DNA of 64,000 nt from an uncultured candidate division Zixibacteria bacterium (GCA_963806185.1 CAWDXE010000005.1:32001-96000), one strand, 5' to 3'; counted from the first letter of the stretch, positions 27,395 to 39,539 are shown. Made by a program: numbers and translations. Notes: generated by a model not told the origin, from the letters alone.

Positions 27395-28576
27395 CTACAC
27401 AACTGAGATAGATTCTTTCAGTTTGTTGATTTCCCGCATGACCTCAGCGGCTGGGCCCTCCGGTAACGCCAAATTGAATTCCACTCTGACTGTCTGGCGT
27501 TCGCCGGTTCGATCAGCCCTGGCCAGTGCCTCGTCAATTTCTCCGCGAACTCGCACGCTGTATTGATCAATCTCCTGAATGATCAGTTCGGCAAAATGAC
27601 TAAGCGGTCCCAAGACTTTCTCATAGCTATCTGCATTTCGAACAGCATTGAACTCGCCAGCCCAACGAATCAGCCGCTCGTATTCCGATGCAATCAGGTC
27701 GGTAACATAGAACACCCTTTGAAAGAACTTATCATCCGACTCTTCCGAGATTGAGTCGCGTAAGAGTTTCGAAAATGCAACCCCAAGATTCTCGACGCTC
27801 GATTGTAAGTCGTTTATCTTCACGAGAAACCAGTCACCGCTCTCGCTCATTTTCCTGAAGTATCGGATCGGGGTACGCATTATCCCGTAATCTAAATCGA
27901 GCTTTTGTGAAGAAAAACCCATTTGCATGTCATCGAGTATCTGGCAAAACAACTTTAGCCTCCAGGCCTCAGGTTTATCGAGCACGAGCTGTAACGCAGA
28001 ATTGGAGAGTCGATCAAACCTCTCACTTCGAACCGACTTCTGGAGTCGTTCTCGCGCACGCAGGCTATCATAAAAAAGCAGAGAGAGCTGATGCCGAAGT
28101 TGTCGGATGATGTCCTCAGAGTTGCCAAAACTGAACACCCATTGATTCTCTGTGCTCCGAATTCCATCCACGAACTCGAATAAGCGGGGGGAATCCACAA
28201 ATGTGGAATAGTCGCCACTAGGATTCGACTTCCAAATAGGGAGCGTTGCCAGCACATCACGATTCACAAAGACAAATGTGGGGATGCCCCTTTCTCGGGC
28301 CGCTGAGTATTCCAAGTTTGTGACGGATTTATCTGAACCTACCACGGTACCATATCGCCTTCCTACGATAAGCACAAAGATGTCCGCGTGTCGGGACACC
28401 ACATCGACGCAGTTTTGAACCGCTGTGTGTTCAGGCCGTACAGGAAATCCGGGAGATTCGGATAAGAGTGGAGACAGCCCAAGCGAGGCAATGAACTGCT
28501 CGATCTCGTTCCGGATGTCCCCCAAGTCAAAACACGTCGAGCTGACGAAGACCGCTGGCGCCGTAGATTGTGCCAT
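27395..28576 (-). CDS. DUF4062 domain-containing protein
   Basis: N-terminal VFVSSTCFDL...DIFVLIVGRRYG...SVTNLEY...GIPTFVFV; helical C-terminal region; visibly more AT-rich than neighbours. Confidence 0.82.
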   Translation of the reverse strand: MAQSTAPAVFVSSTCFDLGDIRNEIEQFIASLGLSPLLSESPGFPVRPEHTAVQNCVDVVSRHADIFVLIVGRRYGTVVGSDKSVTNLEYSAARERGIPTFVFVNRDVLATLPIWKSNPSGDYSTFVDSPRLFEFVDGIRSTENQWVFSFGNSEDIIRQLRHQLSLLFYDSLRARERLQKSVRSERFDRLSNSALQLVLDKPEAWRLKLFCQILDDMQMGFSSQKLDLDYGIMRTPIRYFRKMSESGDWFLVKINDLQSSVENLGVAFSKLLRDSISEESDDKFFQRVFYVTDLIASEYERLIRWAGEFNAVRNADSYEKVLGPLSHFAELIIQEIDQYSVRVRGEIDEALARADRTGERQTVRVEFNLALPEGPAAEVMREINKLKESISVV

Positions 28577-28949
28577 TCATTACCCCTGTAACTAGATGAT
28601 TCTGTGTTGACCAAGACAGTAAGAAACCACCACAGCCCGACCCCTTGCGGGACCGGGCTGTGTTCCGTGTGTGCTTTCAGATGTGTATTGATGCTTGATA
28701 CTATCTGGCATCAAATCCCCTCTACGCCGCACCCTTCGACTGCGCTCAGGGTGACGGATGAGGTCGCTCTGGGCAACGGGTCAATTGCTCAGGGCGGCGG
28801 GAAAGGTCGCTATGGGCGATGAGAACAGAGCGTCAGGATCACCCGCTAAGAAGCGGGGATCCTGACCTACAAGATTCTAATCTACACGATACGCAGGTCG
28901 AAACCACAAGGGTTTCGACCTACGATCAAATCGATCAAATCAATCAATC

Positions 28950-30601
<1,652 letters not shown>

Positions 30602-30632
30602 TCAATAGTTCTATACTGGACGTTGTGCGGTA

Positions 30633-30927
30633 TTACGCTTTCTGAATGATCGGCGAAAATGTCGGATTCGCGCATGATCAGGTATTCCTCACCGTCGATC
30701 GTGACTTCGGTGCCGGAATACTTGCCGTACAGAACGCGGTCGCCCTTTTTGACTTCGAGGCGGAATCTTCTTGCCTTCTTCGGTGGTGCGACCCGGGCCG
30801 ACTTCGATGACTTCGCCTTCCATCGGCTTCTCTTTGGCGGTATCCGGAATGATGATTCCGCCGCGTTTCACCTCTTCTCCTCGAACGGCTTGACGACGAC
30901 GCGATCAGCAAGCGGTTTGACCTGCAT
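30633..30927 (-). pseudogene. groES: Co-chaperonin GroES, frameshifted in this sequence
   Basis: [48 protein letters not shown] across frames; GGAGG RBS. Confidence 0.88.
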
Positions 30928-31009
30928 TGAGAACCTCCATTTGGTTTTTGACAATTTCTACAATCATTAAGATAACCTATTAATGAGGGCTCTAACCGTC
31001 CCTCAATCA

Positions 31010-31036
31010 TTAGCACTCAATTACGAGGAGTGCTAA
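31010..31036. promoter_or_regulatory. CIRCE element (HrcA operator)
   Basis: Perfect TTAGCACTC-N9-GAGTGCTAA upstream of groES. Confidence 0.97.
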
Positions 31037-31226
31037 TAACATTGCATTAAACGGAGAAAGAGTCAAGAGGTTTCCGCAAAAATCGGGCTCGGCGAGATAT
31101 TTGTGATTTTAGGGACGAGCCGCGTATTTCGTTATTTCACAACGTCTTACATGGCCTCTGGCCGTCCCCAAAGCCTTACTGTCAAGCTCGCAGGGAGCCT
31201 GACCTACTTCTCATGTGCCCTATCGA

Positions 31227-32378
31227 CCCTCACCCCAGCTCTTTCGCGAAGGGAGAGGGCGCAAGAGGGGCAGCACATCGTGTCGGGTTTCTCCGCCCCG
31301 CTGACGCGGGACTCCGGAACCCGACCTACCCTACTGTAATACCAGCGAAAGCTGGTATCCAGAGGAGGTCGTAGTGTGGCAAGGCGTGATGGCCCCGTGG
31401 ATTCCGGACCGCTGGTCCGGAACGACAAGGGGGAGTGATGTGGACTCCGAGATTCTGGAGCTTCGCTCCAGGATGACAAGGTAGTTGGTCCGGAATGACA
31501 AGTGAATAGGGACTGTTGACCAGAGTTAGCGAGGCATTAGAAATTGGTGCCGACCTGAATAGGGAGGTCGGTGAAGTGGGCCTCGCCGGTGGAATGTTCA
31601 AGTCGGGCCGTGACGAACCACCGGTGTTTGATGATAATGCCACCCCCCAGGCTTAGGATCAAGCTCCGCTCATCCAGGATGCGGCCACTGGAACCGAAGA
31701 CAATGCCACCGTACCCCTTGGAGTCGATGTTCATATCATTGATGCCAACACCGGCCAGGAGAAACGATTTCAAGCCAGTCGCGTCCGGGCGCGGATAGTA
31801 ATGCAAATCGAGGCCCAGCCAGTAGTTGGTGATTCGGACGTCTACATAGCGACGGTGATCCTCGTCTGTCGAGGTGAAGTCGTCAAAGGCAATGAACGCA
31901 TAAGATACGGATGGGCAGACCCGCAGGACGCGAGACACTCCGATTTCGTGCATGAACGTAAGCGACGCACCGAATTTTGGATTGTCGATCGGATATGAGA
32001 TTGGTATCACCGGCCCGATGACGAGCAGATTGTCACTGGATGAAGCCGAGCCTACCATCATTACGATAACCGTGATGACACGCAGGAAGCGAGTAACGTG
32101 CGACATTTGAGCCTCGGACATGGTTGAAAGCTGAGTAGCAGGTCCAATGTCCAAGCGGTGGAGGAAGATGTCAAGGGGCCCCAACGGCCCTCACCCTGAA
32201 GGGAGAGGGGGAAGAGGGGCAGCACATCGTGTCGGGTTTCTCCGCCCCGCTGACGCGGGACTCCGGAACCCGACCTACCCTATTGTCATACCAGCGAAAG
32301 CTGGTATCCAGAGGAGGTCGTACTATGGCAAGGCGTGATGTCCCCATGGATTCCGGACCGTTGGTCCGGAATGACAAG
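31227..32378. repeat. About 190-bp composite direct repeat (31227-31429 and 32188-32378) flanking one gene
   Basis: Near-identical AAGAGGGGCAGCACATCGTGTCGGGTTTCTCCGCCCCGCTGACG...CCCGACCTAC...ATACCAGCGAAAGCTGGTATCCAG...GGATTCCGGACC...GGTCCGGAA. Confidence 0.9.
31537..32106 (-). CDS. Outer-membrane beta-barrel-like protein
   Basis: Hydrophobic N-terminus, amphipathic strands, C-terminal IQVGTNF. Confidence 0.7.
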   Translation of the reverse strand: MSHVTRFLRVITVIVMMVGSASSSDNLLVIGPVIPISYPIDNPKFGASLTFMHEIGVSRVLRVCPSVSYAFIAFDDFTSTDEDHRRYVDVRITNYWLGLDLHYYPRPDATGLKSFLLAGVGINDMNIDSKGYGGIVFGSSGRILDERSLILSLGGGIIIKHRWFVTARLEHSTGEAHFTDLPIQVGTNF

Positions 32379-32809
32379 ACTCACTGTCAGGCTCACAGGG
32401 AGCCTGACCTACTGCACTCCCAGAGACAGAGGGGACAAGAGAAGAGCCTATCGAGAGCGCAGTGAACGAATGCAGATTCGAGGTTGCTTCGTCCCCTTCG
32501 GCTCCGCTCAGGGTCCTCGCAATGAGTAATTGCGATGATTCAGGGCAGAGGTGCATTGATGGGCGCCCGCTCAAGGCGGGCGTGACTTTAGGGGGAAGGC
32601 GAACATGACATTGGACGGAGACCATATCCGCTGAGGCTGGCGCACGAGACGTACGCCGGCCACCGAAGAAAGCGTCAGGTCACACGCCGCGAGGAAGCGG
32701 TGCAGGACCTGACGCAACGTGCACTGAAGGGATCAGGGCCCCATGGATTCCGGACCGTTGGTCCGGAATGACAAGTGAAGGGAGTCTGTTGTTCTGGTCT
32801 TAGCGAGGT

Positions 32810-33748
32810 TCAGCGGAGTTGGGAGACGTTGCGTCTGATCTGAACGCGCAGAGTTGAGTCGGGCTCGACCTGAGACATCCGTTCCAAAGCGCGCATAATC
32901 TCGGGATTGATCGTCTGTCGATTGTTCACCGTCAGGTTGTACTCCTTGCCAAATATCCCCTGCAAGGCTGCGACGGCGGCCAGGCGAGCGTCCTTGTCAG
33001 CATGAAAGAGGCTTTCGAGGCAGAGCTGTTTCATCCGCTTGCGGTCGTCATCGGTGCCCACGGTACCGACAGTCAGACCGACCGTCCCGGCGAGAACGTC
33101 GAGCGCGACTTTCAACCCGACCGGATCCGGTTTGTTCAGCAGATTCAGGCAATACCCTGGCCCAGCGGGAGCCAGCAGGCCGGCGAAAGCGCTCTTGCGC
33201 AGATTGGGTGAGCGCGTCGTGTCGGCGAATACCGCAGACAGGCGACCAATATGAGTCGAATCGAGGGCATGCCACAGCATCATTTGAGTGATCATGTCGG
33301 CACGAAACGGATCGGGGATGGTCGTATCGGTCAGCAGTGTGTCGAGTCCCTTGACTACGGGCCGGCGGCTGAGTTCGGGCGCGGCTTTCAGCGCTTTCAA
33401 CGAAGTCAACGCCACGGGGAGGGTGTCGCGCAGACCGAGCAGCAAGCGATACACGCCGGCCGGCATAGTGGCGGCATTGTGCAAGCGGAGTTGCTCGTAG
33501 AGCGCGAGGCGGGAATCATCGGTCAGATCCTGCCGGCTCTCGAGTGCGGCGAGAAGGGCGATATTAACTGAATCATCCGGTAGTTTGGCGAGAGTATCGT
33601 TGAAGCTGGAGTGCGGATTGACGGCCAGGCTGTCGAGGGCCTGGGTGATTTTGTAGCGGGTGTATTCGGGGGAATCCGGATCGGGCTCGCCGGAGCAGGC
33701 CAGCAGTGCGAGAATTGTCAGGGCAAAGAGGAAAGAGATGCGCTTCAT
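32810..33748 (-). CDS. Lipoprotein with HEAT-like helical repeats
   Basis: Lipobox LLAC; DARLAAVAAL and EPDSTLR-type repeats. Confidence 0.75.
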   Translation of the reverse strand: MKRISFLFALTILALLACSGEPDPDSPEYTRYKITQALDSLAVNPHSSFNDTLAKLPDDSVNIALLAALESRQDLTDDSRLALYEQLRLHNAATMPAGVYRLLLGLRDTLPVALTSLKALKAAPELSRRPVVKGLDTLLTDTTIPDPFRADMITQMMLWHALDSTHIGRLSAVFADTTRSPNLRKSAFAGLLAPAGPGYCLNLLNKPDPVGLKVALDVLAGTVGLTVGTVGTDDDRKRMKQLCLESLFHADKDARLAAVAALQGIFGKEYNLTVNNRQTINPEIMRALERMSQVEPDSTLRVQIRRNVSQLR

Positions 33749-33793
33749 AGAGCTATCCTCATATTGAAATACCCGAGTCGGCTGAACATCCGG

Positions 33794-34228
33794 TCAGGAA
33801 TCCTTCGAGTCGCGCTTGGCAAAGTATTTCATTTCCGGCATACAGGTGTACCCTGCTCTTTCAAAGGCGGCCATGGACGGCGCGTTTTCGTCGTGAATCA
33901 GGGCGGCGATGACGACCGCGCCGCGCTGCCGGAGAAAGGTCTCTCCTTCCCGTATCAGACGACCGGCCAGTCCGATGCCGCGATGGTCGGGATCGACAGC
34001 CAGTCGGTTGATCCAGCCGCGTCGGCCATCCCAACTTGCGATCACCACGCCAAGCATTCTCTGACTGTCAAACAGACCGAGGAAACAGGTCCCCGGGTAC
34101 TGCATCTCGCGGGCCATGCTATCACGGCTATCGCGACCCCTGGGGCGGTGTTCCAAACCGGCGTCGGCCCAGAGTCGGAGGATGGCCTGATAATCGTCGA
34201 TGGTCAATGGTCGGACAATCAATTCCAT
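33794..34228 (-). CDS. GNAT family N-acetyltransferase
   Basis: DGRRGWINRLAVDPDHRGIGLA, NAPSMAAFERAGY. Confidence 0.9.
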   Translation of the reverse strand: MELIVRPLTIDDYQAILRLWADAGLEHRPRGRDSRDSMAREMQYPGTCFLGLFDSQRMLGVVIASWDGRRGWINRLAVDPDHRGIGLAGRLIREGETFLRQRGAVVIAALIHDENAPSMAAFERAGYTCMPEMKYFAKRDSKDS

Positions 34229-34349
34229 AGTGGCAAGGCTCAGTAAGGTGCTCGCGCACGGTATCGCAATATCGGACGCAACAAGCGAAGCATATTCAAT
34301 TCTTTCGCCTGGCGGCAAGGGAATTCTGCAGGGCGGGCCGTCAACGAGC

Positions 34350-35037
34350 TCAGGGGTGCGCGGAGCGATAGGCGGTCTTCTCGTCGAGAATCGCTTCGAG
34401 TTGAGCCAGCGGGAAGGCGGAGGCGAAGGGTTGGTCGTTCCAGTGTTCGCACCCAGTGAACGACAGCGGGACACCTCGGACCGGGATGCCCAGTTGCATG
34501 GCGGTGCGCATACCGTTGGCCAGCATGAGCAGACAGGCGACGCCGACGATGCCGAGCTGGTCGGTCGCGGCGGCGTAGTGTTCGATCTGTTGTTCCAGCT
34601 TGCGCTTGGAGAAGACCACGTCGGTGCCATATTTCGAAGCGAGCCCCATGACGAGCGCGGCCTGGCAGTCGGGAGTGCATTCGCGGCAGCGGTCGCCCCA
34701 GGCAGTCATCGTCCTTCGGGCAGTCAGGGTTGTGAAGTGAGAGACAGTCGGGGAGGATAATGAGCGTGGAACGGGTCTGATTGAAAGCTTGTCGATTGGC
34801 CTGATCGTACATTTTGTAGGCGACCGCTTCGAGCAGGTAAAATTCCCTTGGCGTGCGGCGGAGTTCGTGATCGTCGCGCTGACGGGTGTCGGCGAGGGCG
34901 GCGCAGACGAACCGATCGACGTGGTCGAAGGCACCGGAAAGACGGTGGAAACCGTCACGGGTGAACGATGCGACGAAATCGGTTAATTGCCGGTCAAAAT
35001 CGGGTCCCAGGAGGTAGGTGGGTGGTTCGTGCGACAT
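34350..35037 (-). pseudogene. DUF116-like Cys-rich protein with one frameshift near 34713
   Basis: IILPDCL...DCPK in one frame; CRECTPDC...IVGVAC...GIPVRGVPL...GC in the next. Confidence 0.7.
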
Positions 35038-35152
35038 GACTCAATATACCGAACGACCGCGAAATGGCGGCGAGTTAAAAAAAGATTGTTTCGGCAAGGA
35101 TAAGTTCTCTACATTCGGGAGGCAGGTGAAAATCTCATTACGGGAGGTGCGG

Positions 35153-35440
35153 ATGGAGCCGCAAGCGACACCAGTATTTTACAAGAACCCGGGTTTGGCG
35201 GCGGTCCTGTCATTTTTCTGGATGGGACTGGGGCAGATTTATAACGGTCAAATTGCGAAGGGGGTCGGGTTCATCGTGCTCTACGGTGCGTCGTGGCTGC
35301 TCATGATCGTACTGATCGGGTTCATCACCACTCCCCTGCTCTGGTTGTACGGCATCTGGGATGCGTACAAGTCGGCCGAGCGGATCAACCGAGAGATTTC
35401 GATGAGCGCCCCGAGGCCGCAGGGACCGGCAATCGGGTAA
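35153..35440 (+). CDS. Small TM2-like membrane protein
   Basis: GGAGG RBS; KNPGLAAVLSFFWMGLGQIYNGQ...IWDAY. Confidence 0.8.
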   Translation: MEPQATPVFYKNPGLAAVLSFFWMGLGQIYNGQIAKGVGFIVLYGASWLLMIVLIGFITTPLLWLYGIWDAYKSAERINREISMSAPRPQGPAIG

Positions 35441-35455
35441 GGGCGGAATGAGCCG

Positions 35456-36424
35456 ATGGCGCGCCGCAAAGTGGTCCGCGTTGTTTTCCTTTTCATACTC
35501 ATACTCGTACTCATTTTTGTCGCCGGCAAACTGATCACCGACTGGCAGGTTCGGCGGGGGGCGGAGATGTATCCGTCCGACGGTCGTTTGCTGGAGGTGA
35601 ATGGGCTGTGGATGAATTACGTATCGGTGGGTGAGGGGTCGCCGATTGTGTTTATCCATGGTATGTCGGGGGTGCATCAGGATTTTCTTTTTGGGGTGAT
35701 TGATTCACTCCGGCAGGACCATCAGTGCATCGCGTTCGATCGACCGGGGGCCGGGTACTCGGGAGCGCCGCCACTCGACTCAATTTCCATTGGAATTAAT
35801 ACGCGGTACCTTCACGAGGCGATCAAGAAGCTGGGCATCAAGCGGCCGGTGCTGGTCGGTCATTCGTATGGCGGCGCCGTGGCGCTGGCGTATGCGCTCT
35901 GGTATCCGGAGGACGTAGCCGGCCTGGTGCTGCTGGCGCCGGCGGCGTATCCGGTAGACAAGCGGATCGAGAAGATTCTGCATCCCCTGCTCTGGACGGG
36001 AGCGACGCCCTTTCTGGCAGAGACGATCTATGTGCCGCTGAGGACGCTGGTTTATCCGTTCGCGGTCGACCGGTCGGCGACGCCGGATATGGTGCCGGCC
36101 GAGTATGTCCGGCTGAAGCAGCACATTAATATCGACCCGAGGAACTTCCTGGTACAGATACGGGAGCTGGAGACGCTGGACGAGAATCTGGCGCGGCTGG
36201 CGCCGGAGTACGGCAGGCTCACATTGCCGGTCACCATTATTGTCGGCGAGCAGGATCAGATACTTCCCCCTCAACAGCAAGCCATAGCGCTGGCGAAAGC
36301 TATCAAGCGGGCGAAGTTGGTGACGATTCCGCGCGCGGGGCACTTGTTGCCGCAATGCCGAGGGGCGGAAGTGGTCCCGTATATCCGGAACATGGCAAAC
36401 GCTGTGGCCGGAAAAGAAGATTGA
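35456..36424 (+). CDS. Alpha/beta hydrolase with N-terminal anchor
   Basis: FIHG, FDRPGAGYS, GHSYGG nucleophile elbow, GEQD, AGH. Confidence 0.9.
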   Translation: MARRKVVRVVFLFILILVLIFVAGKLITDWQVRRGAEMYPSDGRLLEVNGLWMNYVSVGEGSPIVFIHGMSGVHQDFLFGVIDSLRQDHQCIAFDRPGAGYSGAPPLDSISIGINTRYLHEAIKKLGIKRPVLVGHSYGGAVALAYALWYPEDVAGLVLLAPAAYPVDKRIEKILHPLLWTGATPFLAETIYVPLRTLVYPFAVDRSATPDMVPAEYVRLKQHINIDPRNFLVQIRELETLDENLARLAPEYGRLTLPVTIIVGEQDQILPPQQQAIALAKAIKRAKLVTIPRAGHLLPQCRGAEVVPYIRNMANAVAGKED

Positions 36425-36454
36425 CCCTTTTGACCGCTTGGGTATATTGCCCCA

Positions 36455-37225
36455 ATGTTACTGGCAATTGATATCGGAAACACCAACGCCGTGGTCGGCA
36501 TGTATGACGGCGCAAATCTGCGCCAACAGGTACGGCTGGCGTCGCGGGCCAATATGACGGCTGATGAGGCGGGCTTTTTCATAACGTCGGTGCTCGAGCG
36601 GATGAAGGTGGCGAACGAGGCGATCGATCGAGTAGTGATCGGGTCGGTGGTGCCCGCGCTGACGTCGACGTTCGAGACGACTTCAAAGCGATTCTTCGGC
36701 TGCACGCCACTGGTGGTGTCGGCAGCGATCAACCTGCCTATCAAGATAGATATCGAGCAGCCGGGTCAGGTGGGGGCGGATCGGATAGCCAACGCCGTGG
36801 CCGGATTTGCCCGGTTTGGCGGACCGATCATCATTGTGGATTTTGGGACGGCGACGACGTTTGACATTGTCGACGAGCGGGGGGCGTATATCGGCGGAGT
36901 GATTATTCCGGGCCCGGAAACGTCGATGGCGGAGCTGGCGAAAAGGGCGGCGCGGCTCTTCGAGATACGCATAGAGAGGCCGGATCATGTGGTGGGCAAG
37001 TCGACGGCCGAGGCGTTGAAGTCGGGATTGTTTTACGGGACGATCGGGCAGGTTGATTTCATTCTGGAGAAGATTCTTACGGAGACCGGATTTGAGAAGC
37101 CGATGATCATCGCCACCGGGGGGTTGTCGAGCGGGATAGAGCAGCACTCCAGGTACATCGCGGCGACCGACGCGGCGTTGACGCTGGAGGGGCTCCGCCT
37201 GATCGCAGAGCACAATCGAGAGTAA
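36455..37225 (+). CDS. coaX: Type III pantothenate kinase
   Basis: LAIDIGNTN, VGADR, VDFGTATT, IATGG. Confidence 0.95.
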   Translation: MLLAIDIGNTNAVVGMYDGANLRQQVRLASRANMTADEAGFFITSVLERMKVANEAIDRVVIGSVVPALTSTFETTSKRFFGCTPLVVSAAINLPIKIDIEQPGQVGADRIANAVAGFARFGGPIIIVDFGTATTFDIVDERGAYIGGVIIPGPETSMAELAKRAARLFEIRIERPDHVVGKSTAEALKSGLFYGTIGQVDFILEKILTETGFEKPMIIATGGLSSGIEQHSRYIAATDAALTLEGLRLIAEHNRE

Positions 37226-37242
37226 TTGTCACAGGAGAGCGA

Positions 37243-37734
37243 ATGTCTACGACAACGAAGCATTATCTCGTCAATCACATCGCCACGATCCACGGCGCGA
37301 CCAAGCGACTGCTGGACGATGTGAAAGAAGAAGAATCGATGATTGTATTGGGGAAGACGCACAATCACATCAAGTGGCTGGCGGGGCATCTGGCGTTTAC
37401 CTCGACGCTGGCCGGCAAGACACTGGGCGGGACGCTCAGCTTCCCTGAGCCGTGGATGGATTTGTTTCGCCGCGGCGCCGAAGTGGAGAAGGACCTTTCG
37501 GTCTTTCCGCCGATGGATGAAGTGCGCAAGAAGCTTTACGATCTGTACTACGAAGTCGAGCAGCTCGCGGCAGGCGCGGACGACGCGTACCTGAATATCG
37601 AGCGCGAGATCGCGCCGAACTGGAAAGACGCGCCGGTGCAGGCAGTCCTGTTCCTGTGCGCGCACGATTTCTATCACGCCGGGCAGATTGCGATGATTCG
37701 CCGCCACCTGGGGCGCGACCGGATGTTCGGGTAA
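37243..37734 (+). CDS. DinB family protein
   Basis: NHIKWLAGH and HDFYHAGQI. Confidence 0.85.
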   Translation: MSTTTKHYLVNHIATIHGATKRLLDDVKEEESMIVLGKTHNHIKWLAGHLAFTSTLAGKTLGGTLSFPEPWMDLFRRGAEVEKDLSVFPPMDEVRKKLYDLYYEVEQLAAGADDAYLNIEREIAPNWKDAPVQAVLFLCAHDFYHAGQIAMIRRHLGRDRMFG

Positions 37735-38215
37735 GCTGAGCGCTCCCACTTAACACAATACTCTTCTATTCACGGCAGGCCCACCAAGCACACAATGGCA
37801 GACCCGCCGTGTCCCCAATTCCCCCCTCGTCATCCGGGCGAAGCGAACAAAATGGAACTGCTCGCCGCCTCAACTGTACGGTCCGTCTCGTGACGGATAG
37901 TCAATACACAACGATTTAGCTGAACCGACTGCGGATCGACAGGAAATGGCCGGTCGATACCGCAGGATAGAGCGGCGGCGAAGTTGTCAATGTGATGTGA
38001 GGAGGGTAGACTCGCGAAAGTCTAAAAACAATATAGACGGGGAGTGAGATGATGCAAGTGATTTTTTTGCCTGCGGCGGGCGATAAGGGGCAAAAAAATC
38101 TGCAAAGGATTGAAACCAACGCGCGGATGGTTCGTTTAAATGACAAGATCGGCTGAACGCATCGGCCGATTCTGAACTTCGATTCCTGAAAGTTCCCAAC
38201 CACCCATTTCATTCA

Positions 38216-38250
38216 CGCCGGCCGGTCCGCAAGGACCGGTCGGCGTTTTT
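38216..38250 (+). terminator. Rho-independent terminator with no annotated plus-strand gene directly upstream
   Basis: ACGCCGGCCGGTCC-GCAA-GGACCGGTCGGCG-TTTTT. Confidence 0.75.
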
Positions 38251-38313
38251 GTGTGCGCGTGAGGCGGCGGAAATGAGGACCAGACGGAGCGGCGTCTGGT
38301 CGGCGAAGAATCA

Positions 38314-39237
38314 TCATCCTTCGGCGTCAGCTTTTCTGCGTTGCGGGCGGAGCTGGATGGACCTGATCAGCTGGACGATTTCCGCATTCCGGAACGGCCG
38401 GTGGATGAGACCGTAGCCGCCGGCGGCTTTCACGAGTTCATCGCTCACGCGAAAGAGGGGATCGCTTATGAACACGACGGGCACGCTGAAGCCCTGATCG
38501 CTGGACCAGGCGAGAAGATCCAGTCCGGTCATATCCGGCAGGACGAACTCGACGATAAGCAAGTTGGCTCTATTGGTAGTCAGCATCACTTTGGCTTCCG
38601 CGCCGGTGGCGGCGGTATGGACGACGTAGTTGGCGAGCGTCAGGTCGCGACCGAGGATGATACGGGAGGCCTCGCAGTCCGAAACGAGAGCGATGTGTAC
38701 GACGTAGGTTGCGAAGACAGCGTTGACGCGGCAGAGAAGAAGTTCGGAGGTGAATGGTTTGGCGAGATAGTCCGCGGCACCGGATTCGATGGCTTTCCTG
38801 ACATAGCGGGGATCGGAGCAACTGGTCAGGACGATGACCGGAATTCGCTGGAAGCGCAGATTGGCTTTCATAAACTCGAGAAGGGCAAAGCCGTTTTCGG
38901 TAGGCATCCGCAGATCGGTGATGACCAGCGCGGTATCGGTGTAGGTTTGGAGGAGCTCCCGGGCTTCCGCGACCGAGGAGGCAGTGATCACGCGAAAGCC
39001 TTCGGGCTCAAGAACGGAGGCGGCCAGTTCGAGGACGGAAGGTTCATCGTCGACGCAAATTATGGTCCGGGCGTCGGCGGCAATCCGGCGGGCTCTTTGG
39101 CGAGCGGCGCGGTCGCCGGTCGCCGGAGTGGCAGCGACTTTCGTTTGCTGGCAGAGTTGTTCGGCCAGTTGAAGTCGCATCGACTCTTTTCTCGACTGAG
39201 AGTCGTCGTTTTGAAATGGGTGCTTCTCCGGGGCCAT
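38314..39237 (-). CDS. Response regulator with a canonical and a degenerate receiver domain
   Basis: ICVDDE...ITDLRMP...KPF; second domain IVEFVLPDMTG...HRPF. Confidence 0.85.
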   Translation of the reverse strand: MAPEKHPFQNDDSQSRKESMRLQLAEQLCQQTKVAATPATGDRAARQRARRIAADARTIICVDDEPSVLELAASVLEPEGFRVITASSVAEARELLQTYTDTALVITDLRMPTENGFALLEFMKANLRFQRIPVIVLTSCSDPRYVRKAIESGAADYLAKPFTSELLLCRVNAVFATYVVHIALVSDCEASRIILGRDLTLANYVVHTAATGAEAKVMLTTNRANLLIVEFVLPDMTGLDLLAWSSDQGFSVPVVFISDPLFRVSDELVKAAGGYGLIHRPFRNAEIVQLIRSIQLRPQRRKADAEG

Positions 39238-39539
39238 AGCGAGTGTCTCCCTCTTCAGCAGACCAGGCGGACGTCCACCATTACATACGCACGTGCTGCC
39301 GTGCCCGTCGCCCGGGGGATGAACGACAAGTCAGTCGGCGGTACATGTGCACCTGTGATATCGAGACCTTGGCTCGAGATCAGCAAGATCGGCGGTTGGC
39401 CGCTTTGCACTTTTCCGTTGATGGTCCTGAAGTCACGCTCGCATGGCAAAGATGGTCCGGGCCGTCGGCAGACAATTCGCGCCGGCCGGCCTGGGGACTC
39501 CATCCAGGTTTCCCCCGTGACTCATATCTCCAATGCAAA

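Noticed and set aside
31181..32812. Classical integron attC array
   Set aside because: No intI-like tyrosine recombinase in the window and no clear RYYYAAC...GTTRRRY ends
38005..38030. c-di-GMP riboswitch suggested by a GCGAAAG-like loop
   Set aside because: The remaining conserved elements of the aptamer are absent; better read as a DNA dyad
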